A stretch of DNA of 21,101 bases from a virus. The notes beneath the pieces were generated by a model. It saw only the letters and a program-made list of their open reading frames with translations. It had not been told where the DNA came from and ran no database searches. Positions 1 through 6,311 of the stretch are shown here, piece by piece. Numbering within the stretch: position 1 is the stretch's first letter; each line of letters begins with the position of its first letter. Made by a program: the position numbers and the translations under genes. Where the stretch lies: the UHGV virus genome UHGV-1793583; one strand, written 5' to 3'.

Positions 1-18
1 CAATATAGGTTTTAAGAT

Positions 19-231
19 ATGAAAAGTAACCGCAAGCGCCTTGTAAGGGCATACGACAAAGCATTAATGGCTTTTGATGATCTGCGACGCAATAAGCGCC
101 AGCGCCGTAAATGGGCGCGCATGCTTGTAAGGGAATGGCATAGTGAGGAATATTTCCTTGAGGCCAGGCACATGACGCAGGATGTAGCTGACATGTTAGC
201 TGACGAGAACGTTTATTATATGATGTGGTGA
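19..231 (+). CDS. hypothetical early protein (70 aa, basic)
   Basis: ATG ORF from track; stop 4 nt before next start; no recognisable motif. Confidence 0.45.
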   Translation: MKSNRKRLVRAYDKALMAFDDLRRNKRQRRKWARMLVREWHSEEYFLEARHMTQDVADMLADENVYYMMW

Positions 232-235
232 TAAT

Positions 236-601
236 ATGCAAATAATCATTGATTATCTCTGTCATGCTGTGAATACGCTTTTTGGTTTTTATCAACAACC
301 ATTCCTCAAAGAATGGGATGAAATGCTTAATGACATTATTGACAAAGGGTTAATAATGGAGGTTGACGATCTCACAATCAAATTTAATTACGATGGTAAG
401 GAATATCAAATTTGGGTAGGTAATAGATGGTACGCATACGGACATATTTATTCAATTGGCGGTAAATACATTAAACGAAGCCAGGAGTTCAGGCCGCGAT
501 TCAGAACAATGCGCAGACTGCATGACCTGCATATGAATATATTTGAAGATCAGGAAGAGCGCGAACTATTCAAGATCTACGGAGATAAATCATGGAATTA
601 A
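236..601 (+). CDS. hypothetical protein (121 aa)
   Basis: ATG at 236 preceded by GGTGA; stop overlaps next start (ATGGAATTAA). Confidence 0.5.
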   Translation: MQIIIDYLCHAVNTLFGFYQQPFLKEWDEMLNDIIDKGLIMEVDDLTIKFNYDGKEYQIWVGNRWYAYGHIYSIGGKYIKRSQEFRPRFRTMRRLHDLHMNIFEDQEERELFKIYGDKSWN

Positions 602-822
602 AAATCTGGCAGGCTATCGACGTTGTTGATAACGCGTTGTCTATGTTCGCCACCGATGGGAAACGCGTAGCAATCACTACATGGACGCACAACTATGATG
701 ATATTTCTTTTCGTCGCAGAACGGCGGAGTGGTTTTTCTCTGAAGGCGGCTACACGATGAACATCGCACAGCTTGCCAGAATGAAAGATGAAAAGCTGGT
801 GGACAGCTACACAACTGCGTAA
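592..822 (+). CDS. hypothetical protein (76 aa)
   Basis: ATG at 592 with GGAG 8 nt upstream; overlaps previous stop. Confidence 0.5.
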   Translation: MELKIWQAIDVVDNALSMFATDGKRVAITTWTHNYDDISFRRRTAEWFFSEGGYTMNIAQLARMKDEKLVDSYTTA

Positions 823-832
823 CGGGGTAAAT

Positions 833-1066
833 ATGCGTATCTATGAACACAAGCGGGATAAAACCCGCTTTTTTGTTCGTGCTGGCGTGGCGTACCAGTA
901 TCACGAATGCGGTTACATTGAGGCGCTTACTTACGATCTGGACTTCGAGCAAGAAAAGGAATGGTTCGATTTTAAAATTTACCGTAAGCGCAAACCAACT
1001 CGCGACGAGCGCCACGCTATCCGTGAATTTTTAATCAGCATTGAACGTTGGGAGACAGAAGAGTGA
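833..1066 (+). CDS. hypothetical protein (77 aa)
   Basis: Internal ATG at 833 of track ORF 788..1066, preceded by GGGG (824-827); chosen because 788 start overlaps upstream gene. Confidence 0.45.
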   Translation: MRIYEHKRDKTRFFVRAGVAYQYHECGYIEALTYDLDFEQEKEWFDFKIYRKRKPTRDERHAIREFLISIERWETEE

Positions 1067-1290
1067 AAGTTAAATTCTTGCACGATCACGGTTATCCGTC
1101 ATTGAAACAGGTTGTTGGTAAGGTGGTTGACGTCGTTCATAGTGATAATGTTACTTGCATGATTAACGGTGCTGACCTCATTGCCGCTGGCGCTGATGAC
1201 CATTACATCAATCCGGCATGGTCGTATACGTTCAGCCTTGCCGACTTCGTTGGCGACAAGGGGCGCGGGCTGCAAGTAGTCGAGGGTTAA
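1063..1290 (+). CDS. hypothetical protein (about 75 aa)
   Basis: Track ORF 1048..1290 begins at TTG; GTG at 1063 sits 7 nt after GGGAGA and overlaps upstream stop; start uncertain. Confidence 0.4.
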   Translation: MKVKFLHDHGYPSLKQVVGKVVDVVHSDNVTCMINGADLIAAGADDHYINPAWSYTFSLADFVGDKGRGLQVVEG

Positions 1291-1294
1291 TATC

Positions 1295-1543
1295 ATGGAC
1301 GTTTACGAAGATCTATACCTTCAGACGAATACCCACACTTTTTATTTTTTGAAAAACGGCGTTGTATATCGCAGTGACGACGGGGCGGTAATGAAGGAGT
1401 GGTTATTTAAGCGTAAAGACATACTCGACGATCTGGTTTTTGCCGGGATATTTCGTAAACGTCCGGCTAACCTGGAAGAAGAAATGTTGATTGAGGTAAT
1501 TAAAAATGAAAATCAGGGTAAGTTATTTCCGGGCGAAAGATAA
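1295..1543 (+). CDS. hypothetical protein (82 aa)
   Basis: ATG at 1295 with GAGGG about 8 nt upstream. Confidence 0.5.
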   Translation: MDVYEDLYLQTNTHTFYFLKNGVVYRSDDGAVMKEWLFKRKDILDDLVFAGIFRKRPANLEEEMLIEVIKNENQGKLFPGER

Positions 1544-1757
1544 GGCAACAGGAAAGCAGATGGCGATCCTGGTTAACGAGGCGCAGTACATGTTTGTCCT
1601 TCAGCCGTGGTGTGTTGTAGATCTTAACGACAACTGTCGCCGCCACGCTGCGCGAAGTGCTGTTGGTATGAAAGGCTGGCAACCGCGCGACATGGAAAGC
1701 TATTGTGAATGGAAACTGATAGCAAAATATACGGTCGATTATAAAGGTGTGTTCTGA
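1506..1757 (+). CDS. hypothetical protein (83 aa)
   Basis: ATG at 1506 with GAGGT upstream; overlaps previous gene by 38 nt in another frame. Confidence 0.4.
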   Translation: MKIRVSYFRAKDKATGKQMAILVNEAQYMFVLQPWCVVDLNDNCRRHAARSAVGMKGWQPRDMESYCEWKLIAKYTVDYKGVF

Positions 1758-1821
1758 TGGGTGTTTCTTTCACGTAAGAAATATAAAACGTGATCTACCT
1801 CGCAAAGTATACGAAATGGCA

Positions 1822-1850
1822 TTGTTTCGGCAGTGCCATTTTGTTATATA
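1822..1850 (+). promoter_or_regulatory. sigma70-like promoter TTGTTT-N17-TATATA, embedded in inverted repeat AAATGGCA/TGCCATTT
   Basis: -35 at 1822-1827, 17-bp spacer, -10 at 1845-1850 with TG at 1842-1843; lies in the 110-bp gap before gene 1869. Confidence 0.5.
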
Positions 1851-1868
1851 TAAGCCACCGAAAGACGG

Positions 1869-2180
1869 ATGGGCAAAATCATGAAAAGCAATAAATTCAT
1901 AGCGTGCTGTTTTGTTGAAGTACCTGAAGGTGATGTCTTCTGCAATTACGAATTTAAAGACAGTTGGGGAAAATCTCATGTTGTAGTTGGCAAGCGCGGG
2001 GACTGGTTATACATAACAGACGATGACATGATTTTTACTGTAAGCCAGTTATTCAAAATTAAGTCAGAAAATAGTGAAGCACCACTTTGCAGAATGTTTA
2101 ACATGCATTATCACTCACTATTATTGTTAAAACAAGATGTTGTAAACAAAGCGCGTAGCTTACCTGGTGCCGAATTTTAA
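1869..2180 (+). CDS. hypothetical protein (103 aa; alternative start ATG 1881)
   Basis: First gene after the 1822-1850 promoter; ORF from track. Confidence 0.5.
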   Translation: MGKIMKSNKFIACCFVEVPEGDVFCNYEFKDSWGKSHVVVGKRGDWLYITDDDMIFTVSQLFKIKSENSEAPLCRMFNMHYHSLLLLKQDVVNKARSLPGAEF

Positions 2181-2203
2181 TTTCTTACGAAGGAGAATGA
2201 CAA

Positions 2204-2527
2204 ATGTCTAAATTTATCAGCGTTAAAGTTTTTCGTGGCACTTTTCCAGAAGATGAAAAAAATGGACAATTCGCCGGACAACCTGGCGCATGTTTCCGTG
2301 TAGCAACTGACAACGAAGATTGCGTAAAATGCTACCACGTATCTGAACCTCCTTTTGACGTGAAAGATCTTGATAATGCAGATCACGTTAAATTTTTTAT
2401 CTTAGTATCATTGGGACTTAATCCATTCCCTGGTGATGAAGTGGAATTGATTGGCGCTGAACTGGTCGCTGAATACAAAATGACTGAAGGTGTAACAGGG
2501 GGAATTGACATTGAGCGCATCAAATAA
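2204..2527 (+). CDS. hypothetical protein (107 aa)
   Basis: ATG at 2204 with AGGAG upstream (cgaaggagaatgacaaATG). Confidence 0.55.
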   Translation: MSKFISVKVFRGTFPEDEKNGQFAGQPGACFRVATDNEDCVKCYHVSEPPFDVKDLDNADHVKFFILVSLGLNPFPGDEVELIGAELVAEYKMTEGVTGGIDIERIK

Positions 2528-2759
2528 GCCATACAAAATCAGGTGCAAAGGCGAATATCCTGGGTTTACGATTGGTTGCGAATATTTGGGCCATATTGGG
2601 TATGGACCTTTTGGTGAATTAGGGATGAATACGCTGGACGATGACGGCGACAGCCGGACGCTTGATCTTGATTCTGATGATTTCGAATACATCCCGCCAG
2701 TAACTTGCCGCGTAGTTGATGATTTTCTGGCTGAACATGAAGACGATGAGGGCGATTAA
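2511..2759 (+). CDS. hypothetical highly acidic protein (about 82 aa)
   Basis: Only TTG starts available (2505 or 2511); GGGGGA 8 nt upstream of 2511; C-terminus DDDGDSRTLDLDSDDFEY...EHEDDEGD. Confidence 0.4.
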   Translation: MSASNKPYKIRCKGEYPGFTIGCEYLGHIGYGPFGELGMNTLDDDGDSRTLDLDSDDFEYIPPVTCRVVDDFLAEHEDDEGD

Positions 2760-2891
2760 ATGGAAGAGTGGTATAAAAATTTATTAATTATGTTTCTTTC
2801 TGAAAATTGGGCGCTATTTGAGCGCTTTTGCGAGGAACATGGTGAAGACCCTAATGATATTTATCACGATCTTGGGGGTGAAGATGATTGA
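2760..2891 (+). CDS. small acidic protein (43 aa), not in supplied track
   Basis: ATG immediately after upstream stop (TAAATG), GAGGG about 9 nt upstream; MEEWYKNLLIMFLSENWALFERFCEEHGEDPNDIYHDLGGEDD; stop overlaps next start (ATGATTGA). Confidence 0.3.
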   Translation: MEEWYKNLLIMFLSENWALFERFCEEHGEDPNDIYHDLGGEDD

Positions 2892-3081
2892 ATGCCTTAT
2901 TGTTGCGGTAGTTATAATTTACCTGGCTGGTGTCATTTTAATGGGAGCTTTTCAGAAAGCTGTTGATAGTGACGGCATTATTTGGTTCGAGCTAGTCTTC
3001 TGGCCTTTCATTACGATATACGCATTCTGTGACGCCATGCGCGTTAACATCATGCGAGCTATTAAGGAGCGCAAGAAATGA
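2884..3081 (+). CDS. small membrane protein (65 aa)
   Basis: ATG at 2884 preceded by GGGGG; MIECLIVAVVIIYLAGVILMGAF... has two hydrophobic stretches; track start 2818 is TTG with no RBS. Confidence 0.45.
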   Translation: MIECLIVAVVIIYLAGVILMGAFQKAVDSDGIIWFELVFWPFITIYAFCDAMRVNIMRAIKERKK

Positions 3082-3260
3082 TTGAAGATGGCGTGTACGC
3101 AGCAACAGTGGTGGAAGGGTTGTTTTATCGCGTGGAAAGTGATGATATTCGCATCCGCGTTGGCGGTGGTGGGTGGGTAGAGCCAATCATTATGACTACG
3201 CGAGAAACAATTAAAATATTTCTTGATGCTGGTGAACTGGTGAAGGTTGGCGACCTATGA
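3078..3260 (+). CDS. hypothetical protein (60 aa)
   Basis: ATG at 3078 with AGGAG 9 nt upstream; ATGA overlap with previous stop. Confidence 0.5.
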   Translation: MIEDGVYAATVVEGLFYRVESDDIRIRVGGGGWVEPIIMTTRETIKIFLDAGELVKVGDL

Positions 3261-3433
3261 ACGAGATCGAAGATGGTATGTATTTTCATAAGGTATTTGA
3301 CATCGCCTATTTGGTAAGAGGTGAAGAGGTGATGATAAGGAATGAAGATGTTCCTTATTGGGAATTAAGCGACATGGATCGCGAACACATGCAAACATTG
3401 CTTGATAACGGCCTGATATACAGAACTGCGTAA
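3257..3433 (+). CDS. hypothetical protein (58 aa), not in supplied track
   Basis: ATG 3257 overlaps upstream stop (ATGA); MNEIEDGMYFHKVFDIAYLVRGEEVMIRNEDVPYWELSDMDREHMQTLLDNGLIYRTA; last ORF before promoter-terminator module. Confidence 0.4.
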   Translation: MNEIEDGMYFHKVFDIAYLVRGEEVMIRNEDVPYWELSDMDREHMQTLLDNGLIYRTA

Positions 3434-3441
3434 AGCCGTAT

Positions 3442-3470
3442 TTGCAGAGCGTAAACAAACAGATTAAAAT
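3442..3470 (+). promoter_or_regulatory. sigma70-like promoter TTGCAG-N17-TAAAAT upstream of lysis cassette
   Basis: -35 at 3442-3447, exact 17-bp spacer, -10 at 3465-3470. Confidence 0.5.
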
Positions 3471-3498
3471 ATTACCTAACAATGCGAAATTGTAATTA

Positions 3499-3520
3499 CC
3501 CGGCCCCGCGCCGGGTTTTT
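3499..3520 (+). terminator. intrinsic terminator (CCCGGC-loop-GCCGGG + T5)
   Basis: 6-bp GC stem, 5-nt loop, then TTTTT; about 30 nt downstream of the promoter -10 and 20 nt before the holin RBS. Confidence 0.65.
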
Positions 3521-3540
3521 GCTTTGTTGGAGGTAAATCT

Positions 3541-3741
3541 ATGTTCGACAGAATACGGGAGGCGTGCGCGTATGTGACTGGGGCCGTAACTGCTTTTTTC
3601 GGCGCGATAACCATCAATGATATTGCCGTCTTTGTGGGTATCTTATCAACCATAGGCACATTTGCCGTTAATTATTACTTCAAATCACAGGAGAACAAGC
3701 GAGCGCAAGAGGAACACGACGCGCGAATGGGGAATAAGTAA
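3541..3741 (+). CDS. holin, two-TMD pinholin-like (66 aa)
   Basis: GGAGGT RBS; two hydrophobic segments and charged C-terminus; directly precedes SAR endolysin. Confidence 0.75.
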   Translation: MFDRIREACAYVTGAVTAFFGAITINDIAVFVGILSTIGTFAVNYYFKSQENKRAQEEHDARMGNK

Positions 3742-4233
3742 ATGATTAGCCAATCGCTGAAAAACAAGATTGTTGCGGCGGCGGCTGGTGGTGCAATCGC
3801 TATTGCGGCTGTAATGATTAAGCAATTAGAGGGCGTGGAATACGATCCTTATCGTGATGTTGTTGGTGTATGGACTGTTTGCTACGGTCACACCGGAAAA
3901 GACATCATGCTTGGGAAGACTTACACGCAATCAGAATGCGATGCTTTGTTAAATAAAGATCTACACAAGACCGCAAAAGCGATTGACCCATATATTAAAG
4001 TCGAAATATCAGATTTTACCCGCGCAGCACTTTATTCATTCGCCTATAACGTAGGCGCAACCAACTTCAAAACATCAACCTTATTGAAGCTACTCAATGA
4101 CGGCAAGAAATCAGAAGCGTGCGCACAGCTTAAACGCTGGGTATACGCTGGCGGTAAGAAGTGGCATGGTCTGGTTAACCGCCGCGAGGTTGAATATGCC
4201 GTTTGCGAATGGGGTGAGAAATGGACAAGGTGA
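3742..4233 (+). CDS. SAR endolysin, T4/P21-type lysozyme (GH24-like), 163 aa
   Basis: N-terminal Ala/Gly-rich signal-anchor-release segment ([16 protein letters not shown]); E-x8-D-x5-T catalytic spacing in [24 protein letters not shown]; resembles phage 21 R as recalled. Confidence 0.85.
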   Translation: MISQSLKNKIVAAAAGGAIAIAAVMIKQLEGVEYDPYRDVVGVWTVCYGHTGKDIMLGKTYTQSECDALLNKDLHKTAKAIDPYIKVEISDFTRAALYSFAYNVGATNFKTSTLLKLLNDGKKSEACAQLKRWVYAGGKKWHGLVNRREVEYAVCEWGEKWTR

Positions 4234-4691
4234 AGACGTTAATCATCGCCGCTATCGTTTGTGTCGTTGTTGGGCTTGTTGCCGCGCTTAGTCACTGCCA
4301 GTCAGTGATAAACACAATGCAAAGCGAGCTAACTACTACGCAGGGCGCACTAAAAACAGCAAGTAACACTATTCAGCAGATGAAGGAGCGAAACGCCGAG
4401 CTGTCAAAACTTGATAAGAGGTATCACGATGAAATTAAAGCTATCAGATCTGACATTGCCGATCTGCGCACTGGTATTGATAACGGCACTATCCGGCTGC
4501 GCGTCAACGCAACGCCCGTGCGAGTGTCTGACCCCACCGGATCCGCCAGCGCCATTGATGGAGCCACCTGTAGACTCACTCCCGACGCTGAATCAGCTTA
4601 TCTATCCCTCAGAGAACAACTAAAAACGAAAGACGCTCAGATCACTGGGTTACAGGACTACATCAAAACGCAGTGCTTACGCAAAGAATAA
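4221..4691 (+). CDS. Rz: Rz-like i-spanin (156 aa)
   Basis: N-terminal TM helix then long charged helical periplasmic domain; overlaps endolysin stop; contains embedded Rz1 frame. Confidence 0.8.
   Translation: MDKVKTLIIAAIVCVVVGLVAALSHCQSVINTMQSELTTTQGALKTASNTIQQMKERNAELSKLDKRYHDEIKAIRSDIADLRTGIDNGTIRLRVNATPVRVSDPTGSASAIDGATCRLTPDAESAYLSLREQLKTKDAQITGLQDYIKTQCLRKE
4429..4623 (+). CDS. Rz1: Rz1-like o-spanin lipoprotein, embedded in Rz in +1 frame (64 aa precursor)
   Basis: ATG 4429 with AAGAGG 8 nt upstream; signal peptide with lipobox LSGC; proline-rich mature part [12 protein letters not shown]. Confidence 0.75.
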   Translation: MKLKLSDLTLPICALVLITALSGCASTQRPCECLTPPDPPAPLMEPPVDSLPTLNQLIYPSENN

Positions 4692-4970
4692 CAGCGCGTG
4701 GACGTGTCGCCGTTTCCGCCAGCCAGCCATAACCGGGCCAATCCTTCCCGCGAGCGGCGGCGGAAAAGTCAAAAACACGTAATACCGGGTAAACAACCTC
4801 ATTAACAGGTCAGGCGCTACCTGGGTAGAAGAAAGCGCCATTATACAGTTTTATAAAATTCTGAAAACGGTACTCATGCAGCGCCGTTTTTAGTGTTTTA
4901 TAGCTGTTTTCACTCCCTGCGGTGTCCAGTTTTGCGGGGGTTATATTTTTCAGGATAGAGGAATATTCTG

Positions 4971-5555
4971 ATGGCTAAGGCTAAAGGCATCAAGTTGCCT
5001 CAATTCAAAGTTCCGCTCTTTGAGCATACAACTGTTTTCTTCTGCCCGACCCGCGACATGTTTTATGAATTTTGCGAGAAGGCAGGGATTCCGATCGAAC
5101 CTGATTTCGAACTGGCAGGCGGCCTGACATTAACCTGCACGGGTGAGAAAGGCGGTAACTTCTACGTGATCGCAGTATTCGATAATGAGTTAGGAACGCT
5201 GGTACATGAATGCGCCCACACTACGTTCCACGTTTTAAGCGATGTAGGCGTCGTGGCAACCACTGATCCAACTCACCCGGCAAACGAGACTTATGCTTAC
5301 ATGGTAGGCCGCATCTTTGACGCATTCTTCCCGATCCTTGCTGAATCAAACGAAGCACAGGTTGCAGCAATGCAGGCGGCTGAAGTCGTTGAGCAGGCAT
5401 TGGAGCAGGCAGAACAGGCGACTAAATCAGCAGAACAGGCAGTAGAACAGACAGAGGAGCAGAAAGAAGAGAAAAAACCAGCTAAGAAAGGCAAACGTAA
5501 GCCTAAAGCAAAAGAAGCGCTTGTACCGCGCGTGATGAGCTTTAAACGGGGGTGA
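4971..5555 (+). CDS. HExxH-motif protein (putative zinc-metallopeptidase-like) with Glu/Gln/Ala helical linker and Lys-rich tail, 194 aa
   Basis: Motif LVHECAHTTFH; C-terminus KKPAKKGKRKPKAKE; GGATAGAGGA RBS; family not identifiable by eye. Confidence 0.6.
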   Translation: MAKAKGIKLPQFKVPLFEHTTVFFCPTRDMFYEFCEKAGIPIEPDFELAGGLTLTCTGEKGGNFYVIAVFDNELGTLVHECAHTTFHVLSDVGVVATTDPTHPANETYAYMVGRIFDAFFPILAESNEAQVAAMQAAEVVEQALEQAEQATKSAEQAVEQTEEQKEEKKPAKKGKRKPKAKEALVPRVMSFKRG

Positions 5556-5557
5556 TT

Positions 5558-5626
5558 ATGGTTACTTTCCTGTTAGGTTTATTTATCGGAATGGCTGCGG
5601 CTGTAATATTGCTGGTTGGTGAATAA
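5558..5626 (+). CDS. hydrophobic micropeptide 1 (22 aa, MVTFLLGLFIGMAAAVILLVGE)
   Basis: ATG 3 nt after upstream stop, GGGGGTGA RBS; single predicted TM helix. Confidence 0.4.
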   Translation: MVTFLLGLFIGMAAAVILLVGE

Positions 5627-5630
5627 TGTT

Positions 5631-5747
5631 ATGGATGATTATATCATTGCCGGATTGATCGGCATTTCTGTATATCTGGTGGGTTTTATTGCAGTTGCAC
5701 TAATAAACGCAAAGATCAAGCGCTGGGTGGAGGGGCAAGATGATTGA
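5631..5747 (+). CDS. hydrophobic micropeptide 2 (38 aa, MDDYIIAGLIGISVYLVGFIAVALINAKIKRWVEGQDD)
   Basis: ATG 5 nt after previous stop; single TM helix, charged C-terminus. Confidence 0.4.
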   Translation: MDDYIIAGLIGISVYLVGFIAVALINAKIKRWVEGQDD

Positions 5748-5814
5748 CCCACTCGTTATCCTTTCTTTATGCGTCGCTGTATGGCTGGCGATCATGATAT
5801 TCATTGAAAGCTGA
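5740..5814 (+). CDS. hydrophobic micropeptide 3 (24 aa, MIDPLVILSLCVAVWLAIMIFIES)
   Basis: GGAGGGG 6 nt upstream; ATGATTGA overlap with previous ORF. Confidence 0.4.
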   Translation: MIDPLVILSLCVAVWLAIMIFIES

Positions 5815-5825
5815 AGGTATTCACC

Positions 5826-5900
5826 ATGAATATTTACGATCTCATCTGGTGGTCAGTGGTCGCCGTCATTATCTATTTCTGGTGGAAGAATGTTGTATAG
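5826..5900 (+). CDS. hydrophobic micropeptide 4 (24 aa, MNIYDLIWWSVVAVIIYFWWKNVV)
   Basis: GAAGG 7 nt upstream of ATG; single TM helix. Confidence 0.4.
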   Translation: MNIYDLIWWSVVAVIIYFWWKNVV

Positions 5901-5908
5901 GTGACGGC

Positions 5909-6013
5909 ATGGATATATTCGAATTACTGGCGATTATGTGCGGAATGATGCTAGGCGTTGTCGCCATAATCATAATCATAATCATCGGCCTTGTTATGGG
6001 TAGCATCAAATGA
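5909..6013 (+). CDS. hydrophobic micropeptide 5 (34 aa, MDIFELLAIMCGMMLGVVAIIIIIIIGLVMGSIK)
   Basis: AGGTGA upstream of ATG 5909; contains (ATAATC)x3 repeat encoding the Ile run; track ORF 5804..6013 is the non-ATG extension. Confidence 0.4.
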   Translation: MDIFELLAIMCGMMLGVVAIIIIIIIGLVMGSIK

Positions 6014-6090
6014 ACGCATACGAAATGCTATTGCTGGTGGCTGTTATTACAGTTATTGCCGTTGATTTCTATCGAGGGTTTAAAAGATGA
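6010..6090 (+). CDS. hydrophobic micropeptide 6 (26 aa, MNAYEMLLLVAVITVIAVDFYRGFKR)
   Basis: ATGA start/stop overlap with micropeptide 5. Confidence 0.4.
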   Translation: MNAYEMLLLVAVITVIAVDFYRGFKR

Positions 6091-6158
6091 GAGAAGCAGA
6101 CTTCTTTTGCATGATTATAGTGATTGTCATCGTTGCGGTGCTTTTAAGTGTTAACTGA
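6087..6158 (+). CDS. hydrophobic micropeptide 7 (23 aa, MREADFFCMIIVIVIVAVLLSVN)
   Basis: ATGA start/stop overlap with micropeptide 6. Confidence 0.4.
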   Translation: MREADFFCMIIVIVIVAVLLSVN

Positions 6159-6174
6159 ATCGCAGGAGTTAAAA

Positions 6175-6243
6175 ATGAAATGGCTTGATTTCTTTTTCCT
6201 GATTGTCGCAATTGTTCTAACCATGACCGCGCTGACTCAATAG
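6175..6243 (+). CDS. hydrophobic micropeptide 8 (22 aa, MKWLDFFFLIVAIVLTMTALTQ)
   Basis: AGGAG 7 nt upstream of ATG 6175. Confidence 0.4.
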   Translation: MKWLDFFFLIVAIVLTMTALTQ

Positions 6244-6311
6244 GTTGTGGCTTGGACGCGCATTTTATGCGCTTCCTAAATTCATCAAGTCAAATAAAGT
6301 GGATGGTAACG

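Noticed and set aside
2818-3081. Track start (TTG at 2818) for the small membrane protein
   Set aside because: TTG with no SD; an ATG at 2884 with GGGGG upstream and a separate coupled ATG ORF at 2760..2891 explain the region better.
3255-3659. 134-aa minus-strand ORF spanning the promoter-terminator module and holin start
   Set aside because: Runs through the terminator hairpin and overlaps the holin and 58-aa genes; no RBS; the plus-strand interpretation explains the region fully.
4730-4760. GC-rich CGAGCGGCGGCGG block as a lambda-like cosN site
   Set aside because: Only vague resemblance to the lambda cohesive-end sequence as recalled, and the position is 1.4 kb upstream of terS, not adjacent; cannot be supported without terminal mapping.
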